A DNA stretch of 53,266 nucleotides. It comes from Bacillota bacterium. Its GTDB lineage: Bacteria > Bacillota > Clostridia > Christensenellales > Pumilibacteraceae. The DNA lies in contig WQSV01000001.1 of NCBI GenBank assembly GCA_009787685.1, positions 1 to 53,266 of the forward strand, given 5' to 3'. Shown here in pieces: positions 19,385 to 26,597 of the stretch; the first letter of the stretch is position 1; the number at the start of each line of letters is the position of its first letter. The position numbers and the translations under genes were made by a program. Under the pieces are notes generated by a model. It did no database searches, was not told the origin of the DNA, and worked only from the letters and a program-made list of their open reading frames with translations.

Positions 19385-19393
19385 AAAACATTA

Positions 19394-19672
19394 TTATTTT
19401 TTGCCTTTTGTTGTTTTCGACCCCGCATGTCCACGAAAGTTTCTTGTTGGTGCGAATTCTCCAAGTTTGTGTCCAACCATTTCTTCTGTGCAATAGACTG
19501 GAACGTGTTTTTTTCCATCATGAACAGCGATTGTTGAACCAACAAAATCCGGGTAGATAGTCGATGCTCTCGACCATGTTTTGATTACTTTTTTATTTTC
19601 ATGGCCCTGCGCTCTGACTCTTTTCAAAAGTTTATTACACACAAAAGGCCCTTTTTTGATACTTCTCGACAT
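19394..19672 (-). CDS. rpsS: 30S ribosomal protein S19
   Basis: [19 protein letters not shown].. Confidence 0.96.
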   Translation of the reverse strand: MSRSIKKGPFVCNKLLKRVRAQGHENKKVIKTWSRASTIYPDFVGSTIAVHDGKKHVPVYCTEEMVGHKLGEFAPTRNFRGHAGSKTTKGKK

Positions 19673-19684
19673 AATTTTTTCCTC

Positions 19685-19791
19685 AATGCAGAATGCAAAA
19701 TGCAGAATGCAGAATAGTTGTTGTAATTTTTTTAATATTTAATAAACAAATTTGACCTTTATTCTGCATTCTGCATTTTGCATTCTGCATT
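19685..19791. repeat. intercistronic hairpin with a perfect 32-bp stem (rplB|rpsS spacer)
   Basis: aatgcagaatgcaaaatgcagaatgcagaata (19685-19716) is the exact reverse complement of 19760-19791, with a 43-nt AT-rich loop. Confidence 0.95.
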
Positions 19792-19798
19792 AAATAAA

Positions 19799-20626
19799 TT
19801 AGTTAATACGCTTAACAATAAACTTGTTAGATTTTGATTTCTTTCTTGTTTTATAGCCAAGCGCTGGTTGACCCCATGGAGACACTGGACCCGGACGACC
19901 AATTGGTGACTTTCCTTCACCACCACCGTGTGGATGGTCGCATGGGTTCATCGCAGAACCTCTAACAGTTGGCTTAATGCCCATGTGACGCTTTCTTCCC
20001 GCTTTTCCAAGCGAAACCAGTTCATGGTCAAGATTTCCAATTTGCCCAACAGTAGCGCGACATCTGACAGGAATCATTCTCATCTCTCCCGATGGCAATT
20101 TTAAGGTCGCATATTTGCCTTCTCTTGCCATCAACTGAGCGCACGCTCCCGCACTTTTCGCGATTTGCCCGCCAGCACCCGGTTGCATCTCAATGTTGTG
20201 AACCGTTGTTCCAACTGGTATTGCTGAAAGTGGAAGCGCATTACCCGCTTTAATGTCAATATTTTCAACACCGCTCATGACACTATCGCCAACACAAAGT
20301 CCAACTGGAGCAAGAATATATCTTTTTTCACCATCCGCATAATGAAGAAGAGCAATATTTGCTGACCTGTTTGGATCATACTCAATTGTTGCGACTTTTG
20401 CAGGAATATTGTCTTTGTTGCGTTTGAAATCAATAATACGATATTTGATTCTGTTACCGCCACCACGATGACGAACAGTGATTCGACCCGTGTTATTACG
20501 CCCCGCTTTTTGATTAAGCGAAACCAATAGCGACTTTTCCGGTTGGTTTGTCGTTATTTCTTCATAAGTCAACGTTGTCTTAAAACGTTGCGCTGGTGTT
20601 ATTGGTCTATATCTTTTAATAGGCAT
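19799..20626 (-). CDS. rplB: 50S ribosomal protein L2
   Basis: [32 protein letters not shown]. Confidence 0.97.
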   Translation of the reverse strand: MPIKRYRPITPAQRFKTTLTYEEITTNQPEKSLLVSLNQKAGRNNTGRITVRHRGGGNRIKYRIIDFKRNKDNIPAKVATIEYDPNRSANIALLHYADGEKRYILAPVGLCVGDSVMSGVENIDIKAGNALPLSAIPVGTTVHNIEMQPGAGGQIAKSAGACAQLMAREGKYATLKLPSGEMRMIPVRCRATVGQIGNLDHELVSLGKAGRKRHMGIKPTVRGSAMNPCDHPHGGGEGKSPIGRPGPVSPWGQPALGYKTRKKSKSNKFIVKRIN

Positions 20627-20724
20627 GATGCTTCCTCTCTTATTGAATAATGGAGAATAGGTTTCGTCAAATTATTATTTAATTTTCATAAATTCCATAT
20701 TCAATATTAATATTCAATAGATTA

Positions 20725-21015
20725 TTAAACTAGGTTGTCAAAGAATGAAATTGAAGGTGAATTTGGTTTCAATTGAACATAGGCTTTTTTGAAGTCAGAA
20801 GTATAACCCTCGTGACGACCTTGACGCTTATATTTTCCTTTGATGTTTGTTGTGTTAACACTCTCGACTTGAACATTGAAAATTTCTTCAACCGCTCTTT
20901 TGATTTGAGGTTTTGTTGCATCTTTTGCAACTCTGAACACATATTTTTTATTAGCAATTCCTGCATAACTTTTTTCCGACAGGACTGGCTTTTGAATAAT
21001 GTTATATAGTTCCAT
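20725..21015 (-). CDS. rplW: 50S ribosomal protein L23
   Basis: IIQKPVLSEKSYAGIANKKYVFRVAKDATKPQIKRAVEEIFNVQV. Confidence 0.94.
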   Translation of the reverse strand: MELYNIIQKPVLSEKSYAGIANKKYVFRVAKDATKPQIKRAVEEIFNVQVESVNTTNIKGKYKRQGRHEGYTSDFKKAYVQLKPNSPSISFFDNLV

Positions 21016-21026
21016 GTTTTCTCCTT

Positions 21027-21120
21027 TTAGTGAATAACTAATAGTGAATAGTGAATAGTTATTGTCAAATTATTAAATTAAAATTATACCTTAACTATTC
21101 ACTATTCATTATTCACTATC
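21027..21120. repeat. intercistronic hairpin, GAATAGT arms (rplD|rplW spacer)
   Basis: ttagtgaataactaatagtgaatagtgaatagtt pairs with aactattcactattcattattcactatc. Confidence 0.75.
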
Positions 21121-21128
21121 AACTAAAA

Positions 21129-21761
21129 TTACGCTTGCTCTGAATATTGCGCTTCAATTTGTTTGATTCCCTCAACAGTTGCAACAATTCTTTGATTTGC
21201 AACAAGGTCATAAACATTGATTAGACTTGCTTCGATTGTTTTGACATTTGGAAGATTTCTAGACGCCCTAATCACACTTTCGCTGTTAGCCGTCGTGATG
21301 AGAAGAACGCTTTTTTCAAGCTTTAACGCTTCCATGATTTTTGCCATTTCTTTCGTTTTCGCATCAGCTAATTTAATGTCATCAAGCAAAACAAGCTCTT
21401 GATTTCTGACTTTTTCAGAAAATGCACTGCAAAGAGCAACTCTTTTTGCTTGTTTGTTGACTTTTTGAGAGAAATCTCTCGGCTTTGGAGCAAATATCAC
21501 CCCACCACCAGTCCACAACGGCGAACGAGTCGAACCCGCTCTCGCGCGTCCAGTTCCTTTTTGGCGATGAGGCTTTCTTCCTCCACCACGAACTTCGGCT
21601 CTTGTCAAAGTAGACTTCGTGCCTTGACGCTTGTTGTTCAATTGCGCCACGACGACTTGATGAATGAGCGGTTCGTTATATTCCGCGTCAAACACTTTCT
21701 CATTAAGAGTTAATGTGCTGGCTTTTTCGCCAGTTTGCTTGTAAATTTGAACTTTTGGCAT
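21129..21761 (-). CDS. rplD: 50S ribosomal protein L4
   Basis: MPKVQIYKQTGEK..RGGGRKPHRQKGTGRARAGSTRSPLWTGGG; ATG at 21761 with SD aaaaaggataac. Confidence 0.94.
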   Translation of the reverse strand: MPKVQIYKQTGEKASTLTLNEKVFDAEYNEPLIHQVVVAQLNNKRQGTKSTLTRAEVRGGGRKPHRQKGTGRARAGSTRSPLWTGGGVIFAPKPRDFSQKVNKQAKRVALCSAFSEKVRNQELVLLDDIKLADAKTKEMAKIMEALKLEKSVLLITTANSESVIRASRNLPNVKTIEASLINVYDLVANQRIVATVEGIKQIEAQYSEQA

Positions 21762-21895
21762 GTTATCCTTTTTAATGCACGATGCATAACGAATGTTAAT
21801 TTTTATTGATGCACAACCACTAGAAACGCTAAAACCATAAGATACTAAAAATAATATTTTTAAATCACTATGCATTATGCGCTATGCGTCATGCG

Positions 21896-22528
21896 CTACT
21901 TTTTTACTGTGTTACAAACTGTCACCAATCCGCCTTTTGGCCCCGGGACAGCCCCTTTAATGAGAAGAACATTTCTATCCGCGTCAACCTTGACGATCTG
22001 AAGGTTTTGAATTGTCACTTTCTCATTACCCATTTGTCCTGCCATTTTGAGGTTTTTGATTTTTTTTGACGGGTTTGAATTTGCACCAGTTGAACCAAGC
22101 GAACGATGAACTGGCCCTGTTCCGTGAGTCATTTTCAAGCGCGCTTTGTTGTGACGCTTGACCGCACCCGTGAAACCATGACCTTTTGAAGTTCCGCTGA
22201 CATCAACCATGTCGCCATTTGTGAAAATATCAACTTTCACATCAGTTCCAACTTCATATTTGCCCGGCTCGTTCAACCTAAACTCTTTAAGGTAACGCTT
22301 TGTCGCTAGTTTGTTTTTCTTGAAAAGACCGCGCTCTGGAGAATTCAACTTGTCCTCTCTGATTTCTTCAAACGCAAACAAAACAGCCTCATAGCCATCA
22401 CGCTCTTGAGTCTTATGCCTAACGACCGTCATAGGCCCCGCCTCGACAACAGTAACCGGAACTCTAAGCCCAGTTTCGTCAAATATTTGAGTCATTCCAA
22501 TTTTTCTACCTAATATGGCCTTTTCCAT
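21896..22528 (-). CDS. rplC: 50S ribosomal protein L3
   Basis: MEKAILGRKIGMTQIFDETGLRVPVTVVEAGP; ATG at 22528. Confidence 0.95.
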   Translation of the reverse strand: MEKAILGRKIGMTQIFDETGLRVPVTVVEAGPMTVVRHKTQERDGYEAVLFAFEEIREDKLNSPERGLFKKNKLATKRYLKEFRLNEPGKYEVGTDVKVDIFTNGDMVDVSGTSKGHGFTGAVKRHNKARLKMTHGTGPVHRSLGSTGANSNPSKKIKNLKMAGQMGNEKVTIQNLQIVKVDADRNVLLIKGAVPGPKGGLVTVCNTVKK

Positions 22529-22542
22529 GATGTATCCTTGTT

Positions 22543-22675
22543 TTAATGCATAATGCACAACGCATAACGCATAACGAATGTTAGTTTTTTAATTTTTTTC
22601 ACACCACCCCAAACACATTTCGCAGTCCACGATTATTCTCTCAATCGCTGTGCATTATGCGTAACGCGTTGCATG
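22543..22675. repeat. intercistronic hairpin, GCATAAC arms (rpsJ|rplC spacer)
   Basis: ttaatgcataatgcacaacgcataacgcataacgaatg pairs with caatcgctgtgcattatgcgtaacgcgttgcatg. Confidence 0.65.
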
Positions 22676-22984
22676 CTATAACTTAATTTGAATGTCAACA
22701 CCCGCTGGCAAATCGAGCTTCATCAAACTGTCGACAGTTTTTGCGGATGGAGAATAAATGTCAATAAGACGCTTATGCGTTCTCATTTCAAATTGCTCTC
22801 TTGAGTCTTTATACTTGTGAACAGCACGCAAGATAGTGATTATTTCACGCTCAGTCGGCAATGGAACAGGCCCAACAACTTTTGTTCCTGTTTTTTTAGC
22901 AGCTTCAGAAATTCTTTCCGCGCTTTTATCCAAAAGCTCGCTATCGTATGCCTTTAATTTAACTCTTATTTTTTGACTAGCCAT
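22676..22984 (-). CDS. rpsJ: 30S ribosomal protein S10
   Basis: [25 protein letters not shown].. Confidence 0.96.
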   Translation of the reverse strand: MASQKIRVKLKAYDSELLDKSAERISEAAKKTGTKVVGPVPLPTEREIITILRAVHKYKDSREQFEMRTHKRLIDIYSPSAKTVDSLMKLDLPAGVDIQIKL

Positions 22985-23063
22985 TTGTTTACCTTTATCC
23001 TTATTATATAGGGTGGTTTGCTGTTTTCACAACCGTCTCTCGTGTGCCATAATATTTTGGATT

Positions 23064-23085
23064 TAAAAAGTGCCATCTGGCACTC
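23064..23085 (-). promoter_or_regulatory. small terminator-like hairpin in the S10 leader (candidate attenuator)
   Basis: In - sense GAGTGCC-AGAT-GGCACT followed by TTTTT, located between the promoter and the rpsJ SD. Confidence 0.4.
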
Positions 23086-23141
23086 AATTTTTTCCTTAAT
23101 AAGCCACAAAAAAATCGCCGTATCCTATGCACAGCTTGACT

Positions 23142-23170
23142 ATTATATAACAACTAACATCGACTGTCAA
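23142..23170 (-). promoter_or_regulatory. SigA-type promoter of the ribosomal cluster
   Basis: In - sense TTGACA (23165-23170), 17 nt, TATAAT (23142-23147). Both hexamers match consensus exactly. The leader to rpsJ is about 155 nt. Confidence 0.75.
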
Positions 23171-23412
23171 CACTTTTGCCACCCTATTTCAAAAAAAGTT
23201 TGAAAATTTTTCAATAATCTTTTTCTGGGGTTAGTTGTCGTTCAAGGATCTTTTGACTCCGCACAATCGCTATAAACGCCTTACATCGTGCAACTAGGGG
23301 TGGGTTTTGAGGTCTGGCTCTCACTCTAAAATGTGTTGTCACCCGCACCCCATCACCCCTTGCTATCTGCCTCGAATACTCGAAGAAGTGACGACAGCTT
23401 GAAGCCCTTGTA
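23171..23412 (+). repeat. repeat module copy A, including a 181-nt candidate structured RNA (core 23227-23407)
   Basis: About 23176-23288 is essentially identical to about 25341-25453. The 3' end gacagcttgaagcccttgta is also shared. 5' AGTTGTCGT pairs with 3' ACGACAGCT. Confidence 0.6.
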
Positions 23413-23413
23413 T

Positions 23414-23445
23414 GAAAAAAGCACGCCCAATTAAGAGTGTGCTTT
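23414..23445 (-). terminator. intrinsic terminator after the MATE/MOP transporter gene (bidirectional shape)
   Basis: aaagcacgc / gtgtgcttt stem, T-run in - sense, and a T-rich tail on the + side as well. Confidence 0.75.
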
Positions 23446-23456
23446 CTTGTTATTTT

Positions 23457-24944
23457 TTAGTTATCACTTGAATCACTTACCTCTTCCAATTCCTGCTCAC
23501 TTTTAACTGACCCTACCTCTAGTGTGCCAATATCTGCTATTAGTGATATTTTCTTTTTCTTGAGCATCCATCCGAACAAAACAAATGTTACTATCGCGTC
23601 AAAAGCCATACCTATTGCAAACATGAGTGCTATACCAGTAAGTGTCGGCACAAACACACCTGTGAGATAAAGTATGAATGCTATGCCATAATAAACTATG
23701 TTTGTGATTAACGCTTGTGCTAACATATATTGAGTCTTGCCTGTTCCATAAAAAATGCTATCAACAACATGGTTAAACGCAAAAACGACATAAAAACCAA
23801 CACTTATAAGAGCAATAATGAAAATGTCTTGATAATTATCTAGTTGCAACACTCCTCTGAAAAATGGTTGCCACAATGGAATTGACACAAGCCAAATTAT
23901 CGCAAAAATTGTTGTTAGGGTAAGATAGCCTAAAGTTTTTTGTTTTATCGCACCCTTGTTATGTTCACCACAATCTCGCTTGATAAGTTCGCCAAGCTGC
24001 AAGACAGGCAGTAATAGCCATCCCCATAGGAAATTATTGGTCACCCAAAATGTGCCTTGTTCTCCGACCATGTTCACCATGCGAACAATCATAAGCATGA
24101 AAAACAAATTTCGCACCAAGGATTCAAGCCCTGATATTCCGCCTATTTTTGCCCAGCCTTTTGTCCAAACAAAAGATAATCGTTCTTTTTTGAATAGCGG
24201 TAATTTTTCCTTATATAATATCAAAATTGCAAGCAGGAATAAAAACGCATTTACTATTATGTTTGTAATCGCAATTCCATTTACACCCATTTGCACAGAT
24301 ATTGCAAGGCTTGATATAAGAAAGGTGTCACCAAGAACAGTCAGAACCATTTTCAAAATTAGCATAAAATATAGATATTTATCTTTTTTTATGGTGACTA
24401 GCACAACCAAAACAAATCTAACAAGAGCATTAAAAATATTTGCAACAGCCTCTAGCCTTATGTAAGTTACCGTTTCGTTTATTATTGCAACATCCTGCCC
24501 CATGAATCTAACCAATGGGTCAGCAAAAATGATAACTCCAAGAGATAGCAATGTGAATGCACCAAAAACTATGATTAGTCCTGTTCTTATCATGTTTGCA
24601 AGGTTGTTTCTATTTTTTTCTGCTTCTTCGCTCGTCATCTCGCCTGCTAAAACTTTTTGCCTGTCTGCGAATGCTTTGCCAATAAAAAAGAATAGCGGAA
24701 GGATTAGCCCTTCTTGAATAATCTCATATAATAAATGCATCCATTGCATTTGCGAGGCAATAGAAAAACTCCAAGCGTCATCCATTTGCCCTAAGAAAAA
24801 AATACGCAAAGTAGTATAAACTGTTGGAATAAGCCCTGTTAATAATAATGCTAAGAATAGCCTATAATTGATAGACTTTAAAGACAGTTTAATTTTATTA
24901 AAAAAACCTCTTTGTTTATTTATCTCGTCTTGATTTTGTGTCAT
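23457..24944 (-). CDS. MATE/MOP-superfamily multi-pass efflux transporter (putative)
   Basis: 495 aa with about 12 hydrophobic segments. The ATG at 24944 (MTQNQDEINKQRGFF) is preceded by aaaggagaa. Family was judged from topology and length only. Confidence 0.5.
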   Translation of the reverse strand: MTQNQDEINKQRGFFNKIKLSLKSINYRLFLALLLTGLIPTVYTTLRIFFLGQMDDAWSFSIASQMQWMHLLYEIIQEGLILPLFFFIGKAFADRQKVLAGEMTSEEAEKNRNNLANMIRTGLIIVFGAFTLLSLGVIIFADPLVRFMGQDVAIINETVTYIRLEAVANIFNALVRFVLVVLVTIKKDKYLYFMLILKMVLTVLGDTFLISSLAISVQMGVNGIAITNIIVNAFLFLLAILILYKEKLPLFKKERLSFVWTKGWAKIGGISGLESLVRNLFFMLMIVRMVNMVGEQGTFWVTNNFLWGWLLLPVLQLGELIKRDCGEHNKGAIKQKTLGYLTLTTIFAIIWLVSIPLWQPFFRGVLQLDNYQDIFIIALISVGFYVVFAFNHVVDSIFYGTGKTQYMLAQALITNIVYYGIAFILYLTGVFVPTLTGIALMFAIGMAFDAIVTFVLFGWMLKKKKISLIADIGTLEVGSVKSEQELEEVSDSSDN

Positions 24945-24963
24945 TCCACAATTCTCCTTTGGC

Positions 24964-25103
24964 ACAAAGAAAGTGCCGCTCCCAATTAAGAGAACGGCAC
25001 TCCTAGTGACTTTTCTCCTAATTGTTACCACACAACACCGCAAAACTACGGGGGAGAATTGCCAAAAGGCAGAATTCGACCCGTAGTCTTACTTGTTGTG
25101 TGG
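24964..25103 (-). promoter_or_regulatory. structured leader: 76-nt compound hairpin (25028-25103) followed by a terminator hairpin (24964-25001)
   Basis: CCACACAACA..ACTACGGG..GAATTCTGCC-tttt-GGCAATTC..CCCGTAGT..TGTTGTGTGG, then AGTGCCGTTC-loop-GAGCGGCACT followed by TTCTTTG, directly before the SD. Confidence 0.5.
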
Positions 25104-25110
25104 TATTTAT

Positions 25111-25140
25111 AGAATATCACTTTTATCCTCAATTTGTCAA
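25111..25140 (-). promoter_or_regulatory. candidate promoter of the transporter gene
   Basis: In - sense TTGACA (25135-25140), 18 nt, TATTCT. Confidence 0.45.
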
Positions 25141-25249
25141 ACAAAAATCAATAATGCCAAAAAATATCTTTCTAGCAAATAAAAGAAGAACTGAACATAT
25201 AAAAACCACGAAACAGCAATTGTTCCATGGCTTATCTCGAATATTTTTT

Positions 25250-25585
25250 GAGTTGTTTCGGGAAAAGCACTTGAGATTTCGTCAAAAGTTTGAGTTGGTT
25301 CGGGAAAACAAGTTGGGTTAGGATGAAAATTTGCAACAGTTTTTCGCCCTATTTCGAAAAAAGTTTGAAAATTTTTCAATAATCTTTTTCTGGGGTTAGT
25401 TGTCGTTCAAGGATCTTTTGACTCCGCACAATCGCTATAAACGCCTTACATTGGATGATTAGGGTGCAGTTTGAGGCTCGGCTCTTGTTCATAAAAACCC
25501 CTCTTTCCTTCTCTCACAAGTGTCGGGTATTCGCTCCAAATATGCGAATAATGGCGACAGCTTGAAGCCCTTGTAGGCTATCTTT
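25250..25585 (+). repeat. repeat module copy B (two 26-bp direct repeats, a conserved block, and a 179-nt candidate RNA core 25392-25570)
   Basis: DR gagttgKttcgggaaaaSMacttgRg at 25250-25275 and 25292-25317. The conserved block is ..tatttcgaaaaaagtttgaaaatttttcaataatc.., and the core has the same closing helix as copy A. Confidence 0.6.
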
Positions 25586-25594
25586 TTTTTCGCA

Positions 25595-25628
25595 CGAAAA
25601 AAAGCACACTCAAAATGAATGTGCTTTC
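25595..25628 (-). terminator. intrinsic terminator after the ArsR-operon genes
   Basis: aaagcaca / tgtgcttt stem with a T7 run in - sense. Confidence 0.75.
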
Positions 25629-25652
25629 ATCATATTAAATTATTCTATTTTC

Positions 25653-26039
25653 TTAACAGCAACCTGTTCCACAGCAAGGGGTCTTGCTTTCAACTACATT
25701 GCTTAAGTCTTCCACCATGTCAATTGCAGAACCACAACATTCTTTTGCACAAAGCCCGCACTCGACACATTTATCATAGTCAATGATAATTCTGCCGTAT
25801 GGCGTTCCTCCGCATGAATATAAATCATCACCACAGCCACTATCTCCGCATCCGCCGTCCGTGCAAGCAACGGGAATTTTGCCCTCTCGGTTTGGGTCAT
25901 TGCAGTTGCAATTAAGAACCTTATCTAAAATAGGCTCTTCTGACTCGGCATAAGTAATTGCACTTGTCGGGCAACATTTGATTGCTGTGCAAACATCTTT
26001 TGATGCAAAGCAGTTTTTCATTCTAACATATGGTTTCAT
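25653..26039 (-). CDS. Cys-rich 4Fe-4S ferredoxin-domain protein with a C-terminal CCGTGCC tail
   Basis: 23 Cys in 128 aa. Contains CVECGLCAKEC (CxxCxxCxxxC) and an N-terminal CFASKDVCTAIKCCP. Its ATG overlaps the upstream stop (ATGA). Confidence 0.6.
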   Translation of the reverse strand: MKPYVRMKNCFASKDVCTAIKCCPTSAITYAESEEPILDKVLNCNCNDPNREGKIPVACTDGGCGDSGCGDDLYSCGGTPYGRIIIDYDKCVECGLCAKECCGSAIDMVEDLSNVVESKTPCCGTGCC

Positions 26040-26266
26040 GATTGAATTTCTCCTTTATCTTCAAAGCGTTTTTTCAACACCTCATAATAGTTTGCAACCG
26101 ATTTATCTCCGCCATTGTCTAAAAACAAGCAATAGGGGAGGCTATCCGTCTCTCGGTGCTTTATTACACACAAGCAACATTTCTTATGGTTCGGGCATTC
26201 CGTTTTCGGACAAGCACACACTTTTGTTTTATCACATTCACTCACTAACATCTCTCCTCTCTGCAA
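26036..26266 (-). CDS. small Cys-rich protein (CxC..CPNHKKCCLCVIKH motif)
   Basis: About 71-76 aa, translationally coupled on both sides. The start is either TTG at 26266 or ATG at 26251, and cannot be decided. Confidence 0.5.
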   Translation of the reverse strand: MQRGEMLVSECDKTKVCACPKTECPNHKKCCLCVIKHRETDSLPYCLFLDNGGDKSVANYYEVLKKRFEDKGEIQS

Positions 26267-26559
26267 TCATCCATTGAATTTCCTATTTTAGATATTGCGA
26301 TAAAAAATTCATTTATGAGGTCAATTCTTTCTTTATTAATTGCATAATGAACCCACTTCCCCTCTTTTGTCGCATCGACAAGTCCACTATCGACAAGTTG
26401 CTTCATGTGATAAGAGAGAGTTGGTTGTGTGAAATTAAAAGCCTCTAAAATTTTGCAAGCACAAGTTTTTCCTCTTGTTAGCATTGTCAAAACTTTGAGC
26501 CGAGTTTCATCACTCATGGCTTTGAAAATAATTGAGTATTCTGCTAGACCATATTTCAT
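26245..26559 (-). CDS. ArsR/SmtB-family metalloregulator
   Basis: IFKAMSDETRLKVLTML..KTCACKILEAFNFTQPTLSYHMKQLVDSGLV: winged HTH with a CxC metal site in helix 3. Confidence 0.85.
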   Translation of the reverse strand: MKYGLAEYSIIFKAMSDETRLKVLTMLTRGKTCACKILEAFNFTQPTLSYHMKQLVDSGLVDATKEGKWVHYAINKERIDLINEFFIAISKIGNSMDDCREERC

Positions 26560-26572
26560 TTATCAAAAACCT

Positions 26573-26594
26573 CATATAGACAATTGTCTATATG
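26573..26594. promoter_or_regulatory. perfect 22-bp palindrome, candidate ArsR operator
   Basis: catatagacaattgtctatatg lies between the -10 and the arsR SD. Confidence 0.7.
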
Positions 26595-26597
26595 ATT

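Noticed and set aside
3721-22675. Intercistronic hairpins as Rho-independent terminators or as internal promoters
   Set aside because: In mRNA sense the stems are followed by A-runs and the SD rather than a U-tract. I could not find a consistent -35/-10 pair with correct spacing in the loops or arms.
23227-23407. Known housekeeping RNA (6S, tmRNA, SRP RNA, RNase P) or T-box leader
   Set aside because: - There is no tmRNA acceptor or TΨC-like ends, no SRP GGAA/AGCA domain IV motif and no RNase P GAGGAAAGUCC.
- The T-box-like UUAGGGUG is not followed by GUACCGCG, and no downstream + strand gene exists.
- A 6S-type rod cannot be conserved, because copies A and B share the 5' half but not the opposing 3' half.
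25022-25379. ORFs 25022-25321(+) and 25137-25379(-)
   Set aside because: They span the 26-bp direct repeats and the transporter promoter and leader. Their repetitive peptide sequence mirrors the DNA repeats, and neither has an SD.
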